A DNA stretch of 32,000 bases from the NCBI RefSeq assembly GCF_000621645.1, contig NZ_JHXR01000018.1, positions 30,001 through 62,000 on the forward strand, written 5' to 3'. Of the stretch, positions 10,280 through 18,309 are shown one piece after another. This stretch comes from Vibrio cholerae ATCC 14035 (GTDB taxonomy: Bacteria; Pseudomonadota; Gammaproteobacteria; Enterobacterales; Vibrionaceae). A program made the translations under genes and the position numbers. The notes beneath the pieces were generated by a model. That model did no database searches. It saw nothing but the letters and a program-made list of their open reading frames with translations, and was not told where the DNA came from. The stretch's first letter is position 1. Every line of letters begins with the position of its first letter.

Positions 10280-11462
10280 ACCGCAACAAGAACCTGAAAT
10301 CACAGTAAACCCAAGCTCGGCAGCGGTGACTCCCCCGACCGCGCCCGACAAACAAGATAGCCCAGCGCCAAACCAACCGGCGGCCAAGAAAACCTTGGAC
10401 AGCACACCAGCTCAAGACAAGCCGCCACAACCAAACTCGCAAGGGAAAAAGTTGGCGAGCGTGGCGCTTTTGCTGGTATTAGCGCTCGGCGCAGGTTTTG
10501 CCTATGTGCATCAGCAGCAAAAAAGTGAATTTAACAACCAGTTGCAAGCCGTACGCGCAGAGCTGAAACAGACTCGTGATGCGCTCAATGCGCAGTTGGA
10601 ACAAACGGTATCGAAAGCCACGTCACAAGCCACTGAGATTACTCATCGCGCAGAAACCGTGCTGGAACAGCAACAAAAAAGTATTGAAAGCTTGCAGCTC
10701 GCCGTGGCGGATATTAAAGGCCGTCGCCCAAATGATTGGCTACTTGCAGAAGCGGATTACTTGGTCAAGCTCGCGGGTCGCAAGCTGTTTCTTGAGCACG
10801 ATGTGGAAACCGCAACTCAATTGATGGAAAGTGCCGATCAGCGCATCGCTGCGCTTAATGACCCTAGCCTCACGGCGCTGCGTAAAGCGATGGCCAATGA
10901 CATCACTACCCTGAAAAATATCCCGCTCATTGACCGCGATGGCTTAGTGCTGCGCCTCATCAGCTTGCAACAGCAGATCGATAGCTTACCGCTGGCCAAT
11001 GCCATCTTGCCTGCCGATCAGCCACAAACAAGCCAAGCGGTATCAGAAAACATCGATGACTGGCAAACCAACCTGAAAAATTCGCTCAAAGCGTTTGCCG
11101 ATAACTTCATCACTTTCCGCTCACGTGATGGCAATGTGATCCCTCTTCTCTCTCCTACTCAGCATTTTTATTTGCGAGAGAATCTGCAGGCCAAGTTAGA
11201 AACGGCGATCAAAGGGGTGTACACGGAACAACAAACACTCTATCGCATCGCTCTCGACACAGCCGCCCAGTGGTCAACATCGTTCTTCAATCCAGACGAT
11301 AAAGCCGTACAAAGCTTTAACGCAGCGTTGGCCCAGCTCGCCGAGCAGCAAGTGCAAGTGGAATACCCCGTTAAATTACAGGCTCAGCAACAGCTCGCCG
11401 ATGTGATCAACGAACGCTTGCGCCGCAGTGTTTCACCACTAACCACGGGGGCTGAGCAATGA
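10263..11462 (+). CDS. hemX: HemX-family membrane protein (historically annotated uroporphyrinogen-III C-methyltransferase)
   Basis: 399 aa, with a Pro/Gln-rich N-terminus, one TM segment (LASVALLLVLALGAGFAYV) and a coiled-coil periplasmic part. Its position in hemCDXY is conserved. It overlaps hemD by 17 nt and is coupled to hemY by an ATGA overlap. Confidence 0.85.
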   Translation: MTNNNKPQQEPEITVNPSSAAVTPPTAPDKQDSPAPNQPAAKKTLDSTPAQDKPPQPNSQGKKLASVALLLVLALGAGFAYVHQQQKSEFNNQLQAVRAELKQTRDALNAQLEQTVSKATSQATEITHRAETVLEQQQKSIESLQLAVADIKGRRPNDWLLAEADYLVKLAGRKLFLEHDVETATQLMESADQRIAALNDPSLTALRKAMANDITTLKNIPLIDRDGLVLRLISLQQQIDSLPLANAILPADQPQTSQAVSENIDDWQTNLKNSLKAFADNFITFRSRDGNVIPLLSPTQHFYLRENLQAKLETAIKGVYTEQQTLYRIALDTAAQWSTSFFNPDDKAVQSFNAALAQLAEQQVQVEYPVKLQAQQQLADVINERLRRSVSPLTTGAEQ

Positions 11463-12655
11463 TTCGTCTCATATTCCTCTTTGTTGTCTTAGGACTTGGC
11501 CTGTTTGTGGGAACGCAATACGCTGGCCAACAAGGCTATGTGCTGATCTCGATCGCCAATCGCACCATTGAAATGAGTGTCACCACTTTAGTGATTTTTA
11601 TCATTGGAGCATTGGCTGCCCTGTTCGCTCTAGAGTTTTTGGTGAAAAAAATCCTCTACACCAGCTTTCACACTTGGAACTGGTTTAGCGTGCGTAAGCA
11701 GCGTCGCTCACGCCGTTATACCAATGAAGGGATCATCAAACTGCTGGAAGGCGATTGGACACAAGCCGAGAAGAAAGTGACTCGTTGGGCCAATCACCAC
11801 GATATGCCGCTGCTTTGCTATCTTGTCGCTTCAGAAGCCGCCAATGGTATGGGCGATCGAGCTAAGCGCGATCGTTACTTAGCGCTGGCCGCTCAGCAAA
11901 ATAACTCGACTTTGGCGGTGGAGCTGACACGCGCCAAACAACAACTGGGTGATGGCGATAACCAAGCTGCCCTTGAAACCTTAACTCAACTGCAGCGCAA
12001 TCACCCGCACAATACGGTGGTGCTCAACTTGCTCAAGCAGTGTTATCAAGCCCTTGGCGAGTGGCAACCACTGTTGGCCTTGCTGCCCAAACTGGTCAAA
12101 GCGAAACGTCTGAGCAATGAGGAAGCGCAGCAACTGGAAATCACCGCTCAGCGTGGCATTTTGCAAGACATTGCCAGCCCAAAAGGCAGTGAAGGCTTGA
12201 TGCAACATTGGGCTCAGCTGTCACGTAAACTGAAAGCGGAGCCGGAACTTTTGATGTGCTTTATCACTCAGCTTATTCAACGCAAAGCTGACTATGAGGC
12301 CTTCTCAATGATCAAAGAGAGCTTGAAGAAACAAGCGACTCCTGAGCTGTACGCGCTACTGCCGGAGCTCAATATCAGCGATCGCCATCCCCTGATTGCC
12401 TTGCTGCAAGAAGCGCTGCGTCGGGATGGCAATAATGCCGAAGCACATAGCGCTTTGGGTCAACTGTATCTGCGTGAGAAACATTGGGCTGATGCGCAGA
12501 AACATCTCGAAAAAGCGCTGTCACTGCGCTCTAGCGTCTCCGACTATGCCTATTTGGCTGATGCACTGGAAAAGCAGAATTTCACGCGTGCCGCACACGA
12601 TGTTTCTCGTAAAGCGCTCTCTTTGCTGGAGTCACCTTCCGCTCAGTCATCCTGA
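11459..12655 (+). CDS. hemY: HemY-family TPR membrane protein
   Basis: 398 aa with two N-terminal TM segments and then TPR-like repeats. It is the last gene of hemCDXY as in E. coli, where HemY is also 398 aa. Confidence 0.85.
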   Translation: MIRLIFLFVVLGLGLFVGTQYAGQQGYVLISIANRTIEMSVTTLVIFIIGALAALFALEFLVKKILYTSFHTWNWFSVRKQRRSRRYTNEGIIKLLEGDWTQAEKKVTRWANHHDMPLLCYLVASEAANGMGDRAKRDRYLALAAQQNNSTLAVELTRAKQQLGDGDNQAALETLTQLQRNHPHNTVVLNLLKQCYQALGEWQPLLALLPKLVKAKRLSNEEAQQLEITAQRGILQDIASPKGSEGLMQHWAQLSRKLKAEPELLMCFITQLIQRKADYEAFSMIKESLKKQATPELYALLPELNISDRHPLIALLQEALRRDGNNAEAHSALGQLYLREKHWADAQKHLEKALSLRSSVSDYAYLADALEKQNFTRAAHDVSRKALSLLESPSAQSS

Positions 12656-12673
12656 ATTAAAATCAGAGCACAA

Positions 12674-12707
12674 ACAACAAGGCCACCGCATGCGGTGGCC
12701 TTGTTGT
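12674..12707. terminator. 34-nt perfect palindrome between convergent hemY and hemN (probable bidirectional terminator hairpin)
   Basis: ACAACAAGGCCACCGCATGCGGTGGCCTTGTTGT is self-complementary along its full length, giving a stem of about 15 bp. There are no clean U-tracts on either side. Confidence 0.55.
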
Positions 12708-12718
12708 GGAATGCGGTC

Positions 12719-14107
12719 TTAAATGACTCGCGAGAACTGCTGCTGACGCGCCCGCTCACGCAAGTATTTATCAAAACACATACAGATGTTGCGAATTAAC
12801 AAACGCCCACGCAGCGTCACTTCAATCATGCGTTCATCCACCGTCACCAACCCATCGTCGATAAAGGTTTGTAGCAGAGCTAAATCTTGGCGGAAGTAGT
12901 GATTGAAACGCAGATTAAACTCACGCTCAATCGCTGTTTTATCAAGCTTGAAATTACAAATCAGCTGCTTAATCACTTCACGGCGCAGTAAATCATCCTT
13001 ATCTAGTGTCACACCTTTCCACAAGGCATGACGCATCTCATTGACTTGCGCATAGTATTTTTTCAGCTCTTTCTGGTTTTGTGCATAGGCATCGCCCACC
13101 ATGGAAATCGCCGAAACCCCAAAGCCGACTAAGTCACATTCACCTTGGGTGGTATAGCCTTGGAAGTTACGGTGCAAGATACCACTGCGCTGAGCAATCG
13201 CTAGCTCATCATCCGGCAAGGCAAAGTGATCCATACCGATGAACTGATACCCCGCGCCTGTTAGCGTGGTGATTGTCTGCTGTAAAATCGCCAGTTTTTC
13301 TTCGGCGGCAGGTAAATCGGCTTCTTTAATTTTGCGCTGCGCTGCGAACAGTTGCGGCATGTGCGCGTAGTTAAATACCGACAAACGCCCCGGTTGCATG
13401 GTCAGCACTTGTTGCAACGTCTGGGCAAAGGTTACTGCGGTTTGCTTAGGTAAGCCGTAAATGAGGTCAAGGTTGGTCGAACGAAAACCCAGCTGTTTAG
13501 CGCGTTCAACCAGATCAAAAATGAACTGCTCATCTTGCTCACGGTTAACCAGCTTCTGCACTTCTTTATTGAAATCCTGCACCCCGATGCTGACTCGGTT
13601 AAAGCCTTCTTGGCGCAGGTGATCAAGCACCTCTAACTGGATTTCACGCGGATCGATTTCAATACTGATTTCCGCCTCATCGGCGAAGTGAAACTCGCTA
13701 CGCAGCAGCGTCATCAAACGACTGATTTGAGCGTTGGTCAAGAACGTCGGCGTACCACCACCGAAGTGGAGTTGAGTGACGTTTCTTCCGATTAATAGTG
13801 AGGCGCGTTGACGAATTTCATGCTCAAGCACATCAAGGTACTCATCCGCTTTGTGCGAATGACGAGTGATCACCTTGTTACAACCACAGTAGTAACAAAG
13901 CTTATGGCAAAACGGGATATGAATGTACAGCGATAATGGTCGCTCTGGGTACTGAGTACAGGCCATATCAAAGTCAGCGATGGTAAAGGCTTCATGGAAC
14001 TCAACCGCAGTCGGGTATGAAGTGTAACGCGGACCGGAGTAGTTGTACTTATCCAGAATGGCCTGATCCCATACGATCTGTTGGCTGGGTACGACATACG
14101 ACGACAT
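12719..14107 (-). CDS. hemN: Oxygen-independent coproporphyrinogen III oxidase (radical SAM)
   Basis: From ATG 14107 (SD GGAAAG): MSSYVVPSQQIVWDQAILDKYNYSGPRYTSYPTA.... It has the radical-SAM CHKLCYYCGC motif and a C-terminus QQFSRVI identical to E. coli HemN. Length 462 aa. The track ORF is extended by 18 aa. Confidence 0.95.
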   Translation of the reverse strand: MSSYVVPSQQIVWDQAILDKYNYSGPRYTSYPTAVEFHEAFTIADFDMACTQYPERPLSLYIHIPFCHKLCYYCGCNKVITRHSHKADEYLDVLEHEIRQRASLLIGRNVTQLHFGGGTPTFLTNAQISRLMTLLRSEFHFADEAEISIEIDPREIQLEVLDHLRQEGFNRVSIGVQDFNKEVQKLVNREQDEQFIFDLVERAKQLGFRSTNLDLIYGLPKQTAVTFAQTLQQVLTMQPGRLSVFNYAHMPQLFAAQRKIKEADLPAAEEKLAILQQTITTLTGAGYQFIGMDHFALPDDELAIAQRSGILHRNFQGYTTQGECDLVGFGVSAISMVGDAYAQNQKELKKYYAQVNEMRHALWKGVTLDKDDLLRREVIKQLICNFKLDKTAIEREFNLRFNHYFRQDLALLQTFIDDGLVTVDERMIEVTLRGRLLIRNICMCFDKYLRERARQQQFSRVI

Positions 14108-14245
14108 AATGAATCTTTCCGTTTTGCTCAATTCTTGACGGGCTATTCTGCCACACGACATTGACGAACGTCGGGCGGCAGAACAGGATCTGGCAACAAA
14201 ATATTCGATTCTGCTAGCGCGATCACTCCCCCTTTCGGGTTAGTT

Positions 14246-14734
14246 TCACACCATCTGAATCGCGATTTGATTATTCAGCGGCTGAATGCGCTGCTTGAGA
14301 GCGGTGAGTTCGACAATGATCGCATCTTGCAGACGACTTTCTGCTTTGGTGCGCTCCAGATTCTGTTTCATCCGCTCTTGCTTGGGGAGTTGTTGGCGCG
14401 CTTCACCACGCGGCATATTTTTCACCACATGGTACAGCTCGCTGATGGCGGGATACTCTTGTTCAAAATTGATGCGCTGCTCACCTTGTACGTAATCCAT
14501 AATGCAATAGACGCGGATACTGATTTCAGAGAGATCACACTGTCCCTGAATCCCCGCCATACAAAGGATATTAACGCTGTCAAAGATGTTGGCGTTACGC
14601 TTTTCAATCGCTAACTGTTGCTGTTGCCGCTGTAGCGCCTGCTGCTTTTTCACTTGCCACAGCAAGTAAGCTGCATAGCTGGCCAATGCCACGATAATGG
14701 CACCGCCCACACTAGCCAGTAGCATCCCGTTCAT
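14246..14734 (-). CDS. Membrane-anchored protein of unknown function (DUF2489-like, family name from memory)
   Basis: 162 aa from ATG 14734, with AAGGAG 5 nt upstream. It has an N-terminal TM helix (LLASVGGAIIVALASYAAYLLW) and then a Gln-rich coiled segment. It lies directly downstream of yihI. Confidence 0.7.
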   Translation of the reverse strand: MNGMLLASVGGAIIVALASYAAYLLWQVKKQQALQRQQQQLAIEKRNANIFDSVNILCMAGIQGQCDLSEISIRVYCIMDYVQGEQRINFEQEYPAISELYHVVKNMPRGEARQQLPKQERMKQNLERTKAESRLQDAIIVELTALKQRIQPLNNQIAIQMV

Positions 14735-14743
14735 CACCGCTCC

Positions 14744-15292
14744 TTAATCTTGGTACTTATCCACATCCAGCTGCTCAAACTCAGACAATAGATCGTCTTC
14801 AGTTTTGCGCTTTTTAGTCGGTTTTGACTGTGGTGCCGGCGCTGGCTCTGGTTCATCGTCGAGCAAGCCCAACTGCTCCATCAGCACTTCAATGCGATCC
14901 AGCTTCTCATCCACGTATTTCTGCAAGCCAATCCCGAGCTTTTCGCCGTTGTCGAGTCGGTCGAGCAGCACGTTGAGTTGCGCGTCTTTCTCTAGCATCG
15001 CTAGCTCTTGCTCAGCCGCCAGTTTGCGCTCTTGCTTATTGAGCTTCTTCGGCTCTGCCACAATCAATGGAATCGGCTTTTTGCTACCCAAACGCGGGTC
15101 GCGCTTTTGCGCCGCTTGGCGCACTTGGCTTTCACTGCCTTCTGAATGGCGGCTGCCTGACTTTAAGCCTTTACGCTTTTTCAGTTTTTTACGCAGGCGG
15201 CTTTCCAATTCGGATTCGCTGCGTGTACGTACCACGACCAGTTGATCGTTACTGTTGGTACCCGGTTTTCTCGATTTTTTTGAGCGACTCAT
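14744..15292 (-). CDS. yihI: Der GTPase-activating protein YihI
   Basis: 182 aa with a highly basic N-terminus (MSRSKKSRKPG...RKKLKKRKGLKSGSRHS) and an acidic C-terminus, typical of YihI. Its location next to hemN matches E. coli. Confidence 0.9.
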   Translation of the reverse strand: MSRSKKSRKPGTNSNDQLVVVRTRSESELESRLRKKLKKRKGLKSGSRHSEGSESQVRQAAQKRDPRLGSKKPIPLIVAEPKKLNKQERKLAAEQELAMLEKDAQLNVLLDRLDNGEKLGIGLQKYVDEKLDRIEVLMEQLGLLDDEPEPAPAPQSKPTKKRKTEDDLLSEFEQLDVDKYQD

Positions 15293-15930
15293 TACTGGGT
15301 TTTCCTCAGTAAAATTACATCATTACCAATAAATTCAAGTTCGAGCTGATCCCGCTCCGCCAGATACTGAAACGTAGCACGACTAAAAAAGATCACATGG
15401 GTGAGATCATTCTTGTAGTGCCAACCAGCAAACGCGTCTAAGTCTTTGACCATTTTTGTCATCAGACCAATCCAGCCGCCTGGCTTAACTAAATTTAACC
15501 ATTGCTGCCACACTCGGTGCGGATCGTGCAGATGCTCAATCACCTCGGTCGCAGTCATAAAATCATATTGACGGTTCAACACTTGCGTATCTGGATGATA
15601 GAAAATGTCGTACAACGCCATGCTGTGTCCCGCCTCTTCTAACATGAGAGACAAGGTTGGACCCGGCCCACAGCCAAAATCTAGCCCTTGTGATTGGGGA
15701 GGCACTCTCTCAAGCATAGGAGAACAGACGCGTGATAAAAAGCGTCGATAGCCCTCATCACTCGGAATATTCTGATGCAAGTCATAGAAGCCCTTTTCGC
15801 GCTCCGCACTTAAGCGTTGCTCAGGATTTACATACACCAGTTCGCACTGCTGACATTGAAAATAGTCGCGCTGCTTATCAGCAAAATACGCTTGGCTATT
15901 TTCACTGTGACATAACGGGCATAGATGCAT
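15292..15930 (-). CDS. Class I SAM-dependent methyltransferase with N-terminal 4-Cys zinc ribbon
   Basis: From ATG 15930 (GGAGGAGG upstream): MHLCPLCHSENSQAYFADKQRDYFQCQQCELVY (CxxC...CxxC), then SAM motif I LDFGCGPGP. Length 212 aa. Its stop overlaps the yihI start (TAATG). Confidence 0.8.
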   Translation of the reverse strand: MHLCPLCHSENSQAYFADKQRDYFQCQQCELVYVNPEQRLSAEREKGFYDLHQNIPSDEGYRRFLSRVCSPMLERVPPQSQGLDFGCGPGPTLSLMLEEAGHSMALYDIFYHPDTQVLNRQYDFMTATEVIEHLHDPHRVWQQWLNLVKPGGWIGLMTKMVKDLDAFAGWHYKNDLTHVIFFSRATFQYLAERDQLELEFIGNDVILLRKTQ

Positions 15931-16065
15931 GCTGACCTCCTCCAACGGGATGCGCAACATACCAGAAACTGCCTTGAGAGTGGAGTGTAAAAGGCGATTT
16001 TCTCATCAGCCTAAACAAAAAACGCTGAATTGTTCGATGCGTTACCCCAAAAGAGGTGGGCAAGC

Positions 16066-16103
16066 CATAAAAAGCAACAGCCCTAGTAAGGTCACTAGGG
16101 CTG
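16066..16103 (-). terminator. Intrinsic terminator of the cytochrome c4 gene
   Basis: Minus strand: CAGCCCTAGT-gacctt-ACTAGGGCTG followed by TTGCTTTTT. Confidence 0.65.
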
Positions 16104-16131
16104 TTTAGTCATCTTTGCTCGTTTTGTCTAA

Positions 16132-16749
16132 CTAGTGTAGGCCACCTACGTATTTGGATAGGATATCGATATCCGCATCGGTCAGCTTATGTGCCACATC
16201 ACGCATCATTTCGTTCATATCGTTCGCACGAGTGCCGGAACGGAACTTTTCTAGCTGCGCTTTAATGTAGTCAGCATGCTGGCCTGAAATTTTTGGAAAG
16301 CCTGATAACTCCGTACCATTACCGCGCGGACCATGACACGCAATACAAGCGGTCAGCCCACGTGATGCATCCCCAGCGGTATAAAGTACTTTACCTTGGG
16401 CCACGACATCTTCCGGTGTGGTATTGCCAGAGATAGGCATAGAGGCATAGTATGCTGCCAAGTCAGCGATATCTTCATCGCTCAGTGGCATCGCCATTGC
16501 ACTCATCACAGGATCATAACGGCCCTGTTTTCCGCCGCTGGAAGCACCCAATTTCAGTTCCTTGAGTTGTTTCTCAAGATACTTCTCATGTTGCCCTGCC
16601 AGTTTAGGGTAAATGGTTAACGGGCTGTTGCCGTCTGCACCGTGGCAGGCAGCACAGGTTAGAGATTTGGCTTTACCAGCTTCGATACTACCTTGGGCCC
16701 ATACAGAGCAGCTGGCTAAAACACTCAAGATTAGCGCTAATTTCTTCAT
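16132..16749 (-). CDS. Di-haem cytochrome c4
   Basis: From ATG 16749: [18 protein letters not shown] signal peptide and two CxxCH haem motifs (CAACH, CIACH), 205 aa. The track ORF carries an 18-aa upstream extension. Confidence 0.9.
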   Translation of the reverse strand: MKKLALILSVLASCSVWAQGSIEAGKAKSLTCAACHGADGNSPLTIYPKLAGQHEKYLEKQLKELKLGASSGGKQGRYDPVMSAMAMPLSDEDIADLAAYYASMPISGNTTPEDVVAQGKVLYTAGDASRGLTACIACHGPRGNGTELSGFPKISGQHADYIKAQLEKFRSGTRANDMNEMMRDVAHKLTDADIDILSKYVGGLH

Positions 16750-16900
16750 GACATTCCATTTATAATTATCAAGCTTCCAGTACCACTCTGAGGTACCTCT
16801 CATGGTACAATAGGCGACCTTATGCCGAGCACGGTTATTTTACACAATTTCACAAAAAAGTAATCAATCGACTACACAAAGTCGAGATGGAGTTAACACA

Positions 16901-17563
16901 GTGAGCGTAAAAATTCATTACCAAAACACGCATTTCATTACCAGTGCGCCTGATATTCGCCATCTTCCTGAAGATGAAGGTATCGAAATTGCGTTTGCAG
17001 GACGCTCTAATACTGGTAAGTCAAGTTCCCTTAATCGCCTGACCAACCAGAAAAATCTGGCCAAAACCAGTAAGACTCCGGGTCGTACGCAGTTGATTAA
17101 CCTTTTTAAAGTAGCAGACGGCTGTCATATCGTCGATTTGCCCGGATATGGCTTTGCTCAAGTCCCGCTAGAGATGAAGCTCAAGTGGCAGCGAGCCCTT
17201 GGTGAATACTTACAAAAGCGCCAAAGCCTAAAAGGCTTAGTGGTACTGATGGATATTCGTCATCCGATGAAAGACCTCGATCAGCAACTGATCATCTGGG
17301 CGGTAGAGTGCGGAATTCCAGTACAGGTGATGCTGACTAAAGCGGATAAGCTAAAAAGTGGCGCTCGTAAAGCACAAGTATTGAAAGTGCGTGAAGAGGC
17401 AAAAACCTTTGGTGGCGATGTGGCCGTTGATGCTTTCTCTTCATTAAGCGGAATTGGTGTCGATACTCTGCGCGCCAAACTGGATGAGTGGTATGCACCG
17501 ATGTTGGCAGCTCTTGCCGAACAAGAAGAAGGCGAGCAGCCTGAATCGTCTACCGACCAATAG
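16901..17563 (+). CDS. engB: Ribosome-biogenesis GTPase EngB/YihA
   Basis: 220 aa with a GTG start. P-loop GRSNTGKSS, then DLPGYG and TKADK G-motifs. The polA-spf-yihA neighbourhood is conserved. Confidence 0.95.
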   Translation: MSVKIHYQNTHFITSAPDIRHLPEDEGIEIAFAGRSNTGKSSSLNRLTNQKNLAKTSKTPGRTQLINLFKVADGCHIVDLPGYGFAQVPLEMKLKWQRALGEYLQKRQSLKGLVVLMDIRHPMKDLDQQLIIWAVECGIPVQVMLTKADKLKSGARKAQVLKVREEAKTFGGDVAVDAFSSLSGIGVDTLRAKLDEWYAPMLAALAEQEEGEQPESSTDQ

Positions 17564-17586
17564 TCTTAACACTATGTCACGACAAA

Positions 17587-17608
17587 CCTCGCTCATGCGG
17601 GGTTTTTT
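17587..17608 (+). terminator. Intrinsic terminator of engB
   Basis: CCTCGC-tcat-GCGGGG (6 bp including one G-U pair) followed by TTTTTT. Confidence 0.7.
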
Positions 17609-17668
17609 ATTACCACAATTCAGAGATGTCACTCAGGGCTGTCGATGGTAGGCCAACAAATATGAGGG

Positions 17669-17700
17669 AAAGCAACAAAATCCCCACCATCCTGGTGGGG
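17669..17700 (-). terminator. Orphan minus-strand intrinsic terminator with no annotated gene upstream of it
   Basis: Minus strand: CCCCACC-AGGAT-GGTGGGG (7-bp GC-rich stem, 17682-17700) followed by ATTTTGTTGCTTT. On the plus strand the same hairpin has no U-tract. Confidence 0.5.
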
Positions 17701-18027
17701 CAACGGGAGAGAAAACGGTTTTTATTGTTATGGCCCAAGCATTTCGCAAACGCGGCTCTTTTTCAAGTCGGCACAAAATGCTCAAGATCAGATGACTCAA
17801 GATAGCTTAACCCTTGCTGCTCTTGGCTTTCAGCATCGTTCGACGGCTTAAATGCTGTGTTTTAGAGACTTGATTTCTCGTTAGAAATAATAAAAGTGTG
17901 AATGGTGTTTAGTTACAGAATGGAGTGTTTTTGTCGAATCAATCCGCTTAAAGCACATAAGCGACCGACCACAAAATAAGCAGAGATATAGGCTAAAAGC
18001 GGGAGTGCCAACGTGGAATAGCGCCCA

Positions 18028-18134
18028 ATAAAAAACGCCCCAGTCAAATGGTGACTGGGGCGGCTGAATCAGCCTAATCCAATAACGTGAAACAAAAGGT
18101 CTGAAAGATAGAACATCTTACCTCTGTACCCTAC
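18028..18134 (-). ncRNA. spf: Spot 42 sRNA
   Basis: Minus strand reads GTAGGGTACAGAGGTAAGATGTTCTATCTTTCAGACCTTTTGTTTCACGTTATTGGATTAGGCTGATTCAGCCGCCCCAGTCACCATTTGACTGGGGCGTTTTTTATTGGGCG. The first 41 nt are identical to E. coli Spot 42 as I recall it, and the terminator hairpin plus TTTTTTATTGGGCG tail also match. Location downstream of polA matches E. coli. Confidence 0.95.
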
Positions 18135-18248
18135 GCGAGCTAATGTACAACAATTGGTCAGAATTGAAAATATTTTTTGTAGTTTTTTTTCATTAAATTT
18201 TAGTTAAACAACATAACTGTCTGAGCTAGGTAAACTTTTTTTAGTGAT

Positions 18249-18276
18249 AAAAAAAGCCAGCGAACGTGCGCTGGCT
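18249..18276 (-). terminator. Intrinsic terminator of polA
   Basis: Minus strand: AGCCAGCG-cacgtt-CGCTGGCT followed by TTTTTTT, 34 nt after the polA stop. Confidence 0.75.
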
Positions 18277-18309
18277 CATGTATTTCTTCAGTTTCGCTGG
18301 AAAATCGAG

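Noticed and set aside
18005-18010. TGGCAC resembling a sigma54 -24 element just downstream of spf (minus strand)
   Set aside because: The expected GC of the -12 element (TGGCAC-N5-TTGC) is TT here (TGGCACTCCCGCTTTT). A weak sigma70 reading is at least as good.
17600-18027. Possible Csr-family (CsrB/CsrC-like) sRNA, because E. coli csrC lies near yihA/yihI and several GGA motifs occur here
   Set aside because: Only about five GGA motifs occur on the plus strand and two or three on the minus strand, and they are not in the repeated CAGGAUG hairpin-loop pattern. That density is far below Csr sponge RNAs.
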